Positions 13,161-26,500 of a DNA stretch of 64,000 bases are shown one piece after another; the stretch's first letter is position 1, and each line of letters begins with the position of its first letter. The position numbers and the translations under genes are program-made. Source of the DNA: Bugula neritina (lineage: Eukaryota > Animalia > Bryozoa); the NCBI GenBank assembly GCA_964035545.1, contig OZ037765.1, positions 20,460,995 to 20,524,994 on the forward strand, in the 5' to 3' direction. Below the pieces are notes generated by a model, which saw nothing but the letters and a program-made list of their open reading frames with translations, ran no database searches and was not told where the DNA came from.

Positions 13161-16100
13161 ATGTCCGAAGGTAAATCAAGCCCACTGGTGGTAGGAAGTA
13201 ACAGAGTTGAAGCTATTGGAACACCAAATATTGCTAGAGAAGACCTAGAGAATGGAACCAGAGCCACGTCAAGTGAGGCAACTCATGCTACATTAGCTCC
13301 AGCACAGCCATCACATCTGGCCGTCGGCTATGGTACTGGCCAGAACCTTGCTGTTCCCTCTCAGCATGAGGCGGCGGCAGCACCTAGCTACTTAGGCAGC
13401 AGAACTGATTTGCCTCTTACTGGGCCAGATGTGGAAAGCTTCTTCAGTACATTAGATTCTCGATCAATTCAGCCTACTATCAATGCAACTCAGAACTCTA
13501 ACTCTCTGATAAACTATGAGGAGAATTTAGCCACGCTATCTAACGCTCACAGTGGCTACAGCATGGCAAACAAGGCCGGGCAGTCACAATACTACCCCTC
13601 ACCCACCATGGATTTCTACAAGAGTAGTGGTATGTTTCCTACCAGCTCTACTACACCACTTCTACAACATCACTACTCAGTCACAGCCAATAGGTAAGCA
13701 ATATTCTCTAAAATAAAAATATTAGGAAACATATTATTATTGCAAAATGATTTTTCTTATGTGCCTTTTCTTTGTAGACCAAGAAAGAATTGTGTGTTTG
13801 TGTGTTTAATCACCTAGTAGCTCATTTAAAATTTGGTTTTTGCTGCAATTATATTTACAGCCTCGAAAGGTTAGACACCATTTGTAATTATTTTTTAGAG
13901 CTTGGGATCCATCTGCATATACCAATCCAATGGGGTTGGGTTATTCTCTACCCGGTGCACCTATGACCCAATATCCAGGATACATGCTAGATCCCAATGC
14001 TGGATCCTGGACCACTGGTTATCCAATGTCTGGGTTTACCAACAGTACACAAGAGATAAGGCGTCACTTGGATGGAGTTGCCGAAAGTAAGCTGAAACTT
14101 CTCTTCTATATAGCGATCACAGTCAAGTTACACTTTATAGTAAACAACTATGCTTAGCTAACAGTGAAAGAGTATATAAAATTGATGCTCGATTTAATCA
14201 AAAGAGGGAAATTGGTAATTTACGTTGAACACATTTTGGTTGCTTCTTCCCTTTTTTTATTCACACGTGCACAGAGCATTATAAAAATTATATCAAAAAA
14301 GCCAAAGATATTTACATCTGGTAAATTTTTCCATACTATATAGATCCAAAGGCTAATGATGCAAAGTATTTGTGTGAAACTAGTTTGACATTAGATCAAA
14401 CACATGCGTACTTTTGAAACTTAATTTTTCATGATACAACATAAAAGCCTTAATTGAATATTTCTAAAATTGAAAAACCTTATTAACATAATATTTTATT
14501 TCTGGCCGCATTTTCCTGATCCTCCGTTGAAGTAGCTAGCGGCAATATTTGACTCTTTCAAATATTTATATGTGTACAAGATACAAGTTTGGCCATTTTT
14601 AAGTTTCATAACATTATTAATAATTATTGAGTGAGACTCTAACAAAGCAAAAGGTGAAGCCTCTGCTGTAGTTTACCATTGATAGGCAATGTTTGCCAGC
14701 TGTATTAATATTCAGTCATGTTTTAGTATACTTTTTGATAAGGCATTAGTGTGTCGCCATATAATTAAGAAGTTTATATGACTTTACAGCTGCTATTCAA
14801 ACAAAGTTGAATAGAGTTGAAGTGTTTGGAGTATTTTATTCTGATTGTTTTATTTCAGTTCTCATCTAGAAGTAAAAATTTACCTCCCATTATTAGCTAA
14901 ACTAGTGCAGAACCTGTTGACAACTCATTTACAATGAGGCAACACGCTTCAATATCTAAACCTCATAATACAGTTTTATCATCATTCAAATAAGGCACTA
15001 GTAAGGAGAAGCGGTTCCCAAAATTTAAATAACTCCCTTGTCAGTATCGTAGCACAAGATACAGTGCAGCAAAATGCCAACGTTACACTCTGGCTCTCTA
15101 CAAGAACCTGCTTAAAATGCCATAATGATCTGTTGACACCAGCTGATAGTGCTTCAACATAATACCATCCTTGAATGCTTTCATGACATAGTAAAGGTTG
15201 ATAAGATAACACGTTATCATCAATTTCATGAGAGGTTTCTAACACGATCTTTCCTGAGTTGAAAATAATCTTACTTAATAGCAGAAGTTTTAGTAATTTA
15301 TGACTATTTAAAAATCTATAAATATGTATATCCTTCCTCATAACTTCTGTTTTATGAAAAAAATTGCATATTTCTGCTTCTCATTAAAAATAAAATAGCC
15401 GAAAAAATTTAATAAATTTACTCTTAAAGAGTTAGTCACCTACTGTTTGTCATGTATACCATTGCACAATAATGGTGATAATACGTCTGCACAGATAATA
15501 AGAGGATATACGTGATAACACATGATAGTAAGAGAGAAGTAGCCCTAGTACAGATGACCGTATAGAGCTCTAGGTTATGACTGTCACTATAAGTCATGCA
15601 GTTATGAACAAGTCTTTATAATTCACTTGAAATATTTTTGTAGTGCTTTTTTATTTTATATATAACTTGCTTTAATTCATATTGTGATAGTGTTATAATA
15701 TATTATTATTATCTATTATCAGCTTTACATTAATAAATCTAAAAAATATAATTCAAAAAACAAACTGTACATACTACAATATAAATATGCTCTAGAGTGA
15801 CCATATCAGTTTTAAACTATGACAAATCATAACAAATTAATTAAGCTCTTTAATATGAAACAATAAAAATTATTTTTCTATAATTATTTAATTAAATTTG
15901 GCATCTGATGTATAGAATGAGTTTTGTGAGTACTACAAATAATTACGACTTCAACAATAACGTCATATTAAAATAAAAGGTTTTGTATAATGCTTAAATG
16001 CTAGCATTAATTTGCATTGCACTGTTGTGTTGAAACATAAATGGCTAAAAAATAAAAATAGCTTTCTATTACAAAGCATTATATATTTGTCAAAATAAAT

Positions 16101-19100
16101 TCCTGTGCAACTACTGCTTTTAGTCGCTGAGGAGCCATATTTTGGGGAAAACAGAGAATGTGTAAACTGCGGGGCTATGCACACGCCCCTCTGGAGACGA
16201 GACACAGACGGCCATTATCTGTGCAATGCATGTGGGCTATATCAGAAGATGAATGGGTTGAACCGCCCCCTGCAAGTCAAGCCTGCTCCTCCTCCAACCA
16301 AAAAACAGAATAACTCCACTGTAAGTGTCATATACTAATAGGCTGGGTTTTGTGTATTATAGTTATATATAATGTATACTATATTTATATATGCATGTAT
16401 ATTACATTATTTGTATACATATGTATATTATATTATATCTACGAGTATAAAAGCAGGCATATTATATTTATATACACATGTGTAATATATTATATTTATA
16501 TACACGTGTGTATTATATTATATTTATATACACGTCTATATTATGTTTATATATACACATGTATATTACATTTATATGCACATGTATATTATATTTATAT
16601 GCACATATACGTATATCATATTTAAATGCACATGTATATTATATTTATATACACATGTATAATACATTTATATGCACATGTATGTTATATATACTTGTAT
16701 ATTTGTGTATTAAAATGGTCAGCATGTTTGATTGAAAGCAATTTCAAATTATCAGTTTTATCAGCACCTATCCGCTATGTACGTATATGTTACTGACCAT
16801 GCTATTCTATTTCACATTTATGATTTAAACAGTTATTTTAATAGCTTTGATGGTGAGCATGATGATTTCAATCAATTAAAATGTTAGGTATGCTTTTTCT
16901 GCTCCTAGCCTAGCTAGCCCAGCGATGGTCACCTAAAAGCCTACTCTACCATGTGACACCACTATTCCTCTTATAGAATGTGATTAGTGAATTAATATTT
17001 TAGGCTGGTTTGAGCAGACGAACTGGCCTCGTCTGTGCCAATTGTAACACCGGTACAACAACGCTCTGGAGGAGAAATAACGATGGTGAACCAGTGTGTA
17101 ATGCCTGTGGTCTTTACTATAAGCTCCATAATGTAAGCATTGAATCCCTAAGACAATTATATCTATAGCTGAGTAATTGCTGTACTATCAGAACCAGTTC
17201 CGCAATTAATAATAATATGTATATATAATTGTATAGGTTAGAGGGTGTTGAGCATGGTCATTCTATGTAACATTCTATCAAAAATTAATCTGCTAGATAA
17301 GGGTAGAGAGTTTTCATTTCTAGCCACTATAAGTATGGCTAGAATTTATTAGTTTCCTCATTTTATAAAATTAGTATCTGATCAAATTTGATAGCAATTT
17401 TTTTTAAATACACAAAAGCTTACTTACAGCTGCCCTTGTTACTTTCTTATAAACAGGGGGAGAGGGGGGGAGGGGGGTTAATAACTTCTATTCATAAAAC
17501 TTAATGAAACACTTTTTATGGAAATAGTTATCTAATATTATCAAATTATCAAATCATTAAATTTATAGGCAGACAAGAACTATTATTTCAAAATATAAAC
17601 AGGTGCTAGAATAGCAAATTTTTATATCACGAAAATGTTTTTGAAAAAAGTTGAAACAGGGAAAGAACCAATTTATGATAGCTTGCTGCTTTATAAGAAT
17701 TTAGCCTACATCAGTCTACACATAGAATTAATTTCAAATTTATTTCCACAAAATATCAGATCACACTTGATTATCAACTTTCGATTACAATATTTAAATA
17801 TTTTTAGCAAATTAACATCGATGAAAAATCTAACTTAGTGGTTAGGTGATTGCTTGCTTGAATAAAACTTGAGCATACGACAAAAGAGCACACTTATCCT
17901 ATTGCCATGAAGATGGTATTTTTACAATTTAATGAGATAAATCTTAATGTTTTTTGATAAATCGAGTCACTAACTGTTGAAAAATTATACCAAAATACTG
18001 CTGCTATGGCTGGTTTAATTATAAAATAATTGTTTATTGTACTACAATAGTGTGAATACCTATGAGCTGAGCTTAATACGCTTAAGTTTGGGAAAACAAT
18101 TACCAACTAGTGATAAAACAGGTGTGTGTATATAATATGAATGTTTAGAATTAGTTTTGTTGTTATTCTGTGAAAGTTTTTCATATTTTAGGGTCCACTT
18201 TTTTATAATTGATAATATAGAGTACTAGTATATAGGCCCTTCAAAGTTTACACAATATTATTACCTTTTGTACCAAATGCAATAAACGAGCATGTTGGAC
18301 CAATTTTTATCCAATGAAAGAGCAAATTTAATTTAGAAAATGGAATGACAACTTCTGTGATGTTAAAAATAAACATTGAGCTTGATAATAATAAATAATA
18401 CGCTAGTAATAGCTTGTTTATGTCATAATATGATAATTTTTTATACTGTAAGCTCTCCCATCTATTTTTGCTACAAATATACTGTGTTTTATATGATAAA
18501 GAGATTCAACCAATTAAACCAGTAAATGACACATATCTTTATAAACGCCTACAAATTTTTACCGATTACAGCTATATAGAATAAGTCACAACAAGTTAAG
18601 CCTATAACACAGTTTATAGGTAAGTTGTCTGCCCATCAGTTGAGAAAGGAGTGAGAGTTTCTTAACTAACTGTGGCTTTAATTGATATATATCAAGAGTT
18701 CACTCTTCTTTAATTCCTGTTTCCTCTTTTCTTTTTGAAATATGACTATGACCAGTACTGCTTCTTTATGTCAATTCTGTGAAAAATCTGCTTTATTAAT
18801 ATAATTAACATGATTACTAGAACACGATTCCATACAGTATATTTGGATAAAGAAAACTAGTATTAGGCAGAATCTTTGCTGAAAAGTGAAGCTGAAATTT
18901 TTAATTTTGCTTTCGACTAAGCCTTTGTGAAAACTTTATTAAATAAGCTTCAAAATCACTGATCCAAAATAGTGTCATATAACTTTCCAATCTTATTCAT
19001 ATGTTTTACCCACCAATATTCAAATAAAGCTATAATGTACATTAGATCACAAAAATGACAATGTATATTTAGGTAAATAGACCACCTTCAATGAAAAAAG

Positions 19101-19318
19101 ACGGTATCCAGACAAGAAAGAGAAAGCCTAAAGGTAGTGGAGGAGGTGGGAGCTCAAAGAGTAAATCAGGAGGGAGTAACTCTAATTCCAACAATAATTC
19201 TAGTTCGTCCCAGCTCGTTAACCCAGTTCAAGCTGCCCCCCAGGAAAGTAAGTTTTGAATTAATAATTACATTTATATATTTGTCAATAGAAGAAAACAA
19301 AGCTCGCCAACACACACA

Positions 19319-19370
<52 letters not shown>

Positions 19371-20116
19371 CTTGTTCAGTCCATAATCTCTAGACCAAAG
19401 TTTTAGGTAATAATGGCCAAATAAATATTAAAGCTAAAAATCTGCATAAACAGTTTTTTATAATTTGTTGAAGTAATAATATTGCTAAATCAGTAATGAA
19501 AGTGCAACCTATAAACATTAGTCTTTAAAAATTTATTCAAAAATACATATGCTTTTATGATTCAAGTAGGTTTATATGTTTCGTAGGAGGCAACATTCTT
19601 CATTCTGGCTCTTCTTACCCAACATTCAATCACCCCAACAGCCAATCCGCATCACAGTCTCTTCCGAGTATGAAGTATTTGACAGGAACTGGGCTAAGTC
19701 CACATTTAGCTGGCACTGCTGCACCATCTGTACACGTTTCTGCTTCTGGAGCTAAAGAAGAGTATGCCAGGTAATCTTCTTACACATCTACAATACTCTA
19801 AAAGTTTCTATTAGAAGTTTCAGATTTTATTTATTTTGGTAAAATGATAAATTTTACATCGTTTAAATCTTTTTCGGAATTATGAGAATCTTCTTTTGAA
19901 AAAAAATAAAGTAAAAAACAAAAGGCTTAGGTTGTTTTTATCTCTCAGATAGTTCAAATATTTTGGTCTATTCTTAGGTACAGAGAGTATGCAAGCATGC
20001 CATTTTATTCAGCCATGCCTTCTCATATTCCCATGTCCTTAAAAGTTGATCCAAAGCCTCTGATAGCTAATGGAGTGAAAGAAGAAACTGTTCCAGTTCC
20101 AGCTGTCAAAGATTAA
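13161..20116 (+). CDS. GATA456: GATA4/5/6-class zinc-finger transcription factor, paralogue B (about 514 aa, 7 coding exons)
   Basis: Exons 13161-13693, 13899-14086, 16124-16320, 17004-17132, 19073-19247, 19587-19770, 19978-20116. GT-AG and phase-consistent (1545 nt). N-finger [34 protein letters not shown]; C-finger [33 protein letters not shown]; tail [20 protein letters not shown]. Confidence 0.93.
15199..15528. promoter_or_regulatory. Candidate intronic enhancer with two tight GATA-site clusters
   Basis: TGATAAGATAACACGTTATCA at 15199-15219 holds three sites and is near-palindromic. TGATAA/AGATAA/TGATAA/TGATAG occur at 15476, 15493, 15513 and 15523. Confidence 0.4.
16370..16700. repeat. 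Degenerate AT-rich minisatellite (about 23-bp unit like ATTTATATACACATGTATATTAT)
   Basis: Repeated atttatat(a/g)cac(a/g)tgtatatta units lie in the GATA-B intron between the two finger exons. Confidence 0.75.
19310..19371. repeat. (CA)n/(GCAC)n microsatellite
   Basis: cacacacacg followed by about 13 GCAC units. Confidence 0.95.
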
Positions 20117-21779
20117 AAATGTTATGTGTAATTTGACTTTATATTATGTGTTCTGTCTAAATCACAGCAAGGATTAGAAGGATATATCTAATTGCGTTAC
20201 AGTTTTCCCTATCTATGCTATATTACTATAAAAATTTGCTAATTAATATACTTGTAAAGGTTGTGAAAATAAATTTCAAAGTGTATTTTTCTAGATTTTC
20301 TATAGCTTTTTAATGCAATTTGATGTCCAATGTTAAATATAGATTTTTTTCATTGTGTTATCTAAATTTATCATTTTGTTTTATTCTACTGCTGCTTCTT
20401 TAAGCCCATGTATATTACATGTATCCGAATTGACAATAAGAAAACGAATGAGTTGCAAAACTTGGTTATGAAAAAGCTTAGGTACCTCTATTCACAAAAT
20501 ACCTAAGCACCAAGTTTAAAAATATATTTTGTATATGTCTTTCCAACAAACTGTGTATCTCTAATCATATGAAAAGGAAGGCTATTACATGTATGTAGAC
20601 TACATCTAACACATTTACATTCATAACTATGCTATATAATGTTATTGCAAAATTTGAAGATATTATGTTTCTAAACATATTTATATGAACCTGAATGTGA
20701 ATACACCTACATTACTAGGAGCATATTTTTATTATTAATTTAGATGAAAACATTAGATCAAAGATTAAGTTGTTGGCAGCTTATTTGTTGACACGCTTTA
20801 TATATTGACAAAAATATCATATAGTTGGTAATTTAGCTTAGTATAATCTAGCAAGTTTGGTCCCAGCAAATACAACTTTCTGCATCTAAATGCTAGGGCT
20901 TGTCCATACTTTATATTATAATCAGGTTTCTTGCTTCATGTAATACAACCACGCTCATGCACTTTTTATCCATAATAATAATTGATGGTGCGTAGATCAG
21001 TCATAAAATCACAGCAAATTACAGTAACATTTATACTGAATATCACTTATAGTTGCTCTTCTTATTTATATAGCCAAATGGCCTATGGACCATGATAAAA
21101 AATTACCTCAAGTTTTATTTCTTCATTTATGCTATTAATAATCCATGATTTTAAATTTAAATAAATTTACAGATCTTAAACCAGAGAACAGCTTCATTAT
21201 TAAAATTATGTTAAAATAGCATTATAGAAATCTCATCAATGAATATATGTACTTAAAATAAACTCAAAAATGTATCTGAACTAGTAAGTTTAAAAATCTG
21301 TACAACTAAGCTTGTAATCGGCTACAAAAGGATATAGGTACTGCTCTCCTCTGCTAATTTTAAAGGATTCTGTTCTAGTTTGGTGTATTCTTATATTAAA
21401 ATACAAGCTGCAAGCAATGGAAATATAACTCTCTTGGTGTATGCACAGCTAATAAAGAGCTCGCAAATGGGAAAAGACAACTCTGTAATTTATCTTCATT
21501 TAGTAAATTAACTTCGAATGCAGACTCTCATCGACATCTTCTAAAACAATAAATAGAAGATCTATAGCACAGTTGAGAGGTCAATTTCGGTTAACAAACC
21601 CATGAGCTACGACCGCATGTGCATGGCCACATGAAAACATCGATCATATTTATATTTATTACTTAGTTTTATATTGATGTTGATCACAAAGTGTGATAGT
21701 AGTAGCAATAAATCTTAAAAATTATAAAAAGTATATCAACACTCAATTTTTTTATAAGTAAAAAATTTTTCATTTTTGT

Positions 21780-22596
21780 GTTATACTAATACTTATGTTA
21801 TAGTTATACTAATACTTAGAGTTAGTATAACTAATACTTATAGTTATACTAATATTAATACAAATAATAAGTTATGACTTATAGTTATTAGAGTACTATT
21901 TTCACTAATAGTAATACAGTAAATGTAATACTAATGCCAATAGTAATAGTAATAACTAGTAATATTGATTGTAGTACTACTACTAGTACTAGTAGTAGAC
22001 GTAGTTATAGTACTACTAGACCTAGTTGTTATCATCTTCATCCAGATCTCATTCTCATGGACTGAGTTTGACATTGTGATTGTCATTGAGTTACTGATTC
22101 TGACTTACAATTACTGTTAGTCAGTTAGTGTCACTGTTAGTATAGCTATAACTATGTGAGTATTACATTTACTGTTGATGTTACTACTAACAAAATGCAA
22201 AAGTAAAAACCAATCACAATCAATAAGTGTAACTGTAAGTGTTGCACTAACTCGAACTGTAAGTGGAAGACTAATGTAAAGACTAACTCTAGTAACACTT
22301 ACTTTTAGTCTTACAATGAGCTTACACTTACAGTTACAACCTTGTACTATCACTATGACTTACTCTTAGGCTATAACTGTGAAGTATCAGTATGAGTATA
22401 CGACATAAGTATGACTAACACTAACGGCAAAAGACATAGTGATAGTATTAGTAATTTGAAGTGTAACTGAGTGATGAGTCTGATGGAGTCTAAAAATAAT
22501 TAAGTAAGTTTCAATTTGTCTGTTGTAGTTTAGCTAATAGTTAAATTTTGAAGTTGATAGTACAAGTATACATCTATGATATAAGTAATAATAATA

Positions 22597-22657
<61 letters not shown>

Positions 22658-23110
22658 GATAGTTAGTACACGTATTCATATTAAATTTAGGTTAATAGTT
22701 ATAATACAAATACTTGTACTTATAGTCAACTTTTACTAGCCTCTAAGTCTGTTGCTATTAGTATTACTATTACTATTAGTATAACTATAAGGACCAGTAA
22801 TATTTTATATAAATATCAATACCAGTACTAGTAGTGGTATTGGTAGTAGCAGTACTACTTTTAGTAATAATACTAATAGTTATACTTGTAATTAAAGCTA
22901 TATTCATACTCATACTGATACTCATTATCATAATGATAATCATAAGGATGATGATATTTATTATATTAATATTGTCTATTTAATTATACTTAATCTTATT
23001 CTTATGCTATTGCTTATTAGTACATTATTTATTAGTATTACTTAAAGACTAAATTATAAGTATTTTATTTTTATTATCAAACTTAGAGTTAGTCTTATTT
23101 AATCAATTAA
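21780..23110. repeat. Degenerate hexamer-periodic (TNANNN)n low-complexity tract containing a perfect (ACT)n run at 22597-22657
   Basis: Runs such as ttatac taatac ttagag ttagta and ttacac ttacag ttacaa, plus about 20 perfect ACT units. Confidence 0.7.
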
Positions 23111-23596
23111 TATTAGTTGCTGTTAGCAGTATAAAAATGAAGTGCTTCCATATCTTACTCACAACGACTATTGCAGTGTTTGTCTTTTTGTGTAGAGTTG
23201 GGAGATAAGTTGACTACAATGAAAGTATTTAATAGAAGAGATGGTTTTTTCAATAATGTTTCTAAATAGAATTTTAATCTTGAGATCAATAATTAGCTTA
23301 TTAACAAATAACATTTGTTCTGCTGCAAGTAATGGGCATAAAACTATTGGAAGCAAACTTTACATGGTGCTAGGTGAATTCTTCCATGCTGTGGCTCTCA
23401 AGTCTTCTGTGTGTAAAATGTTGGATGCCATAACATTTAGTTATTGTGATCTCCTTAAAATTCCAAGTAAACACATGCTATAATACGTGTTTGTTTTATT
23501 GACAACTACAAACTTTTATGCTTGAATATCTACTAGTGTTGTGTATGCATGTCACTTCATGTGCTTTAGACTTATTTGAAACAGAAAAAAAGCAAC

Positions 23597-26500
23597 ATGC
23601 CAAAATCAAAAAGAGATAAGAAAAGTAAGTGTTAACAAAGTTTTCTTTTTATTTTAGTTTTTATTTCTAATTTATTTGTTTCAATTTTTGCTCAGCTAAT
23701 CTATGAGTGTAGCAAAATCATTTATGTGGTTTCAAAATATTTATTCAGTATTTCTCATACCAGTACTATCGGGCTAATGTTGCAAGTTTCTGTGAACTTT
23801 TAGTTTCCTTGACCAGAACACAGAAAAAAGGATTTCAGTCAAAGCAAACATTGGTTCAAGAGGTTAGGCATATAGTTTTCACCTTTTAGTTTCCAGTTTC
23901 AAGTATAATGTTTGGGCATACAATATATTAGAGTTCAGATTATTTAACTTGTGGTAATATTGATTGGTCATGCAGACTATTTTACCACACATAATTGATA
24001 AAATAAAAGCTAAAGTTAAGAAATAAGAATGTTTTTTGGTACGAAATTTGAAAAATCACTTTTTCAGAATCACTATGTTTAGGGTGACCAGATGCGCTGG
24101 CCATATAACCAACTTTCCTCTGCTGAGTAGGGCCATTTTATTTGTTATGTCTAAAGCGATGGTTTATCACCCTGGCATTGTTTACATATATTTTTGTGAA
24201 TTACAGATCCGAGATTGTTTAGATAAATATGCTAGGGTATTCACATTCTCAACTCACAATATGCGGAACTCAAAACTGCGAGAGGTTAGGCTGGAATGGA
24301 ACCAAAGCAGGTTACTATTAATTTTATAATTGTCTTTGCTAAAATGTTGATAACTATTTTTATTGTTTTAATAAGTTTGTGCTTACTATATTTAAGCGCT
24401 GTGCCCGAGTAGTGTACGTAGAATTAAACAGTCTATAAATCTCACAGATAACTTCTGCAATTGTTATGATAGCTCTGGAAATTTTTACAGTTTATTAGCA
24501 AATCTCCAGATTGTATTTACTAAAGTTCAGACTGGCAAGTCTTATTGATATTGTGGAATGTTGTATAAATTTATAGATTCTTTTTTGGAAAGAACAAAGT
24601 CATGGCTGTGGCACTAGGCCGGACAGCGGAAGATGAGTATAAAGATAACTTACACCACATTTGTTCTGAGCTCAAGGGTCAGATGGGATTATTCTTTACA
24701 AATAGCACAAAAAAGGAAGTCCTAAGGTAATGTGTCTTTTAGCTAGTGTAAATGAGGATAGCATTGGAGGACTTTTTGGCTTTTGAATTATAATTATTAA
24801 TGGTCTATCAGAATAATTATGGTGGTCTACCTATATGAGTATAAGTACATAGGTTTTGCATAACCTTTTGACCTGGTTTGCTTTCAAATATTTTTTTATT
24901 TATCCGAAGTATTTACTTATGTAAAAATCAAATATATTGAAGTATTTTTGTATATCTTTACTAACAGCATGTCATTCCCTATTTATTTTGAAAATTTATA
25001 ACAAAAGAAAACGTCATTGTTTCGGTGCTCAGCCGGCAGCTGTTATACCCCAAAGTTTGCTACGTGTTTTCAACCAGTGGTACGGTAGGTTATTGAGCGA
25101 ATAAAGGATGCAAGCTCTACAGATGGAGCTAATTATTAGTCTTATATCTCTTCATGACTGCTTTGTCAATCATTTTTTCTGATTAATTTGTACGAGTGTT
25201 AAAATTTGGGGAAGTTTCTGTGTTTAATATAATAAATGATTTACAGTAAATTCACATTCAGCTAAAGTTCCAGTCATATGGTTCAGTTTCTGAACAAATT
25301 TTTGCCAATTCTATACTGTCAAAATTCTGACGTTTGACAGTGATTCAATAGACTGAGTGCTATTTATGCAGTGTACTTTTTTTTGTTTCAACTCTACATT
25401 TTTATTACTAATTATTGATGATAAAATTTTAAAAGAAATGGATTTATAATATGGCAGTGGCAAATACAATTGATCACTTGAGTTTAGCTCCCTCTAACCA
25501 TACATTGTGTGTGGAAGGTGTTCTGGCCCATACGTTTCCTACAAAAATTTCCACTTCGTGTGGCCCCGAGCTTTAGACTAGGCTGCGCTAACCAGAAATA
25601 TTCTCTGTTGGGTACTCATTCATTTTTAATCACAATATAAAACTTGGTTATATAAAACTTGGTTTTTCATCGCAGGTGGTTCGAAAACTACCGAGAGCTG
25701 GATTATGCTAGATCAGGCTGTGAAGCACTGCAAACTGTTGTGCTGGAGTCGGGTCCTCTTAACGACTTTCCATATTCCATGGAGCCACAGTTAAGAAAAC
25801 TTGGGTTACCTACAGCTCTACAGCGGGGTGTGATAACTCTGACTCAAGATTACACAGTGTGTACTAAAGGTTCTGTGCTAACCCCTGAACAAACGCAGAT
25901 ATTAGTAAGTTCTTTTAAGATGAGAGCACGTTATGTGGAGATTCTCTAATACAATTAAATTATTTTCCGAGACATTCTTTTTGATTAATTTCATTGATTA
26001 CTCATTTAACGTAGTATAGCCGTTATAACTAATGCGGTGGGATATCCGTACCTTCTTAGATGCAACAGCTGCTTAATCACATATGGACTGTTTATAAAAG
26101 AAAATTTTGGAAAATAATTATAATACCAACTGTGTTTATTTCTATCCACTTAAGTTACAATTATAATTTTTTATTCATTTTAGCACTCTGCCTCCTACTT
26201 CTTGTTGTGTTCTCAAGTTATTCAATTTGTTCAACATAATGTCAATAGCTGAAAATTTATTGTTTTGCAATGCTCAAGGTTCTGATGGTAATATAGCAAC
26301 TAACTGGTTTTTTATTCAGAGAAGACAACTTACAAGTTATATCTGCAAGCCTACATATCTATTAATTGTAATTAGGCATTATAATACCTTACAAACGATC
26401 TTGTCATTTAATTGTACCTTTTCCTGTCATACAAATATTTGATATTTGCAGCATGCATATTGACTTTGTATAGCTGAATTAAATGTCTTTATTGTAGAAG

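Noticed and set aside
24378-24493. Two weak hairpins ending in ACA in MRTO4 intron 3 (possible H/ACA snoRNA)
   Set aside because: No ANANNA H box in the hinge, and the stems are AT-rich and could be chance.
25480-25490. GAGTTTAGCTC hairpin resembling telomerase RNA P6.1
   Set aside because: The conserved loop G is absent and there is no template sequence upstream in the intron.
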